This document shows, piece by piece, positions 63,396-64,000 of a DNA stretch of 64,000 bases. The DNA comes from an uncultured Verrucomicrobiae bacterium (GTDB lineage: Bacteria > Verrucomicrobiota > Verrucomicrobiia > Chthoniobacterales > Chthoniobacteraceae): the NCBI GenBank assembly GCA_963836755.1, contig CAWIKF010000001.1:224001-288000 (forward strand), given 5' to 3'. Both the position numbers and the translations under genes were made by a program. The notes under the pieces were generated by a model, which saw only the letters and a list, made by a program, of their open reading frames with translations, searched no databases and had not been told where the DNA came from. Numbering within the stretch: the stretch's first letter is position 1; each line of letters opens with the position of its first letter.

Positions 63396-63444
63396 AAAAA
63401 TTCGTTGGAAACCAAATCGCCCTTGCGGGCAAAATAGAATCCAC

Positions 63445-64000
63445 ATGCAGGACGATATTGAAAAGACACTTTTTCACGCCACGACGATCCTTTCCCGGCT
63501 CGATGAAATCGCGCGCACGATCACTGAGGATTATCGCGGCAGAGAATTGACGATCATCGCCGTCTTAAACGGAAGTTTAATGTTTGCTGCCGATCTGTTG
63601 CGCCGCATTCCTCTGCCGCTAAAACTCGAATGCCTCAGCGTCGCGAGCTACCATGGCGGCACGTCGAGTTCCGGCCACGTGACTTTTCACCAGCTTTCGT
63701 TGCCCGATATCGACGGCCGCCACGTCCTGATTCTCGACGACATTCTCGACAGCGGCCTCACGCTCAGCGCGATCTCGGAAAGACTGCAAACCTTGACAAA
63801 GCCGCTCAGCATCAAGATCTGCGTCCTTTTGCGAAAACTGAAAACACGCGCAACGCCGGTTGACGCCGATTATGTCGGCTTTGATATCGGCGACGAATTT
63901 GTCGTCGGCTACGGCCTCGATTATCAGGAGCGGTATCGCAATTTGCCATTCGTCGGCGTGCTGCGTCCGGGATTGATCGGCGCGCCGCCGCACGCTGTCA
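63445..64000 (+). CDS. hpt: Hypoxanthine phosphoribosyltransferase (3' end runs off the window; absent from the ORF track)
   Basis: Manual translation from ATG 63445: MQDDIEKTLF...AVLNGSLMFAADLLR...VASYHGGTSSSG...VLILDDILDSGLTL...YVGFDIGDEFVVGYGLDYQERYRNLP. Confidence 0.95.
   Translation, partial: MQDDIEKTLFHATTILSRLDEIARTITEDYRGRELTIIAVLNGSLMFAADLLRRIPLPLKLECLSVASYHGGTSSSGHVTFHQLSLPDIDGRHVLILDDILDSGLTLSAISERLQTLTKPLSIKICVLLRKLKTRATPVDADYVGFDIGDEFVVGYGLDYQERYRNLPFVGVLRPGLIGAPPHAV

Overview
This is a high-GC bacterial chromosomal segment, most consistent with Verrucomicrobiota (Spartobacteria/Chthoniobacterales-like). That placement is inferred from the PEP-CTERM beta-helix surface proteins and the attC/REP styles. 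Bases 1-18 kb hold four paralogous G/T/S/N-rich surface proteins with autotransporter-type beta-strand repeats and PEP-CTERM-like tails; two are ~2000-aa tandem duplicates with swapped central regions. Housekeeping blocks follow: livKHMGF, sdhCAB, a lower-GC minor-pilin cassette, leuB, a secretin, trpF, an Anbu-type protease, a frameshifted alpha-amylase, tpiA-pgk-gap, a six-PAS histidine kinase, ftsH, a DUF4139-like protein, a ytfR/ytfT/yjfF-type sugar ABC transporter with no binding-protein gene, a large glycosidase-like gene plus GH29, a DUF748-like gene, a cysteine desulfurase, a sugar-phosphate isomerase and a partial hpt. The most unusual signal is three unrelated degenerate tandem arrays with a period of ~21 bp (4706-4961, 49679-49952, ~54883-55112). 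Each contains frame-breaking units, and two have exactly 13 units and lie 5' of small genes predicted to encode helical-N-terminus/Ig-Fn3-C-terminus proteins. Next to array 2 is an accessory hotspot with REP-like palindromes and a solitary integron-type gene cassette (GTTAGGC...GCCTAAC); no integrase is present in the window. I recognised no rRNA, tRNA, CRISPR-cas, transposase or reverse transcriptase.
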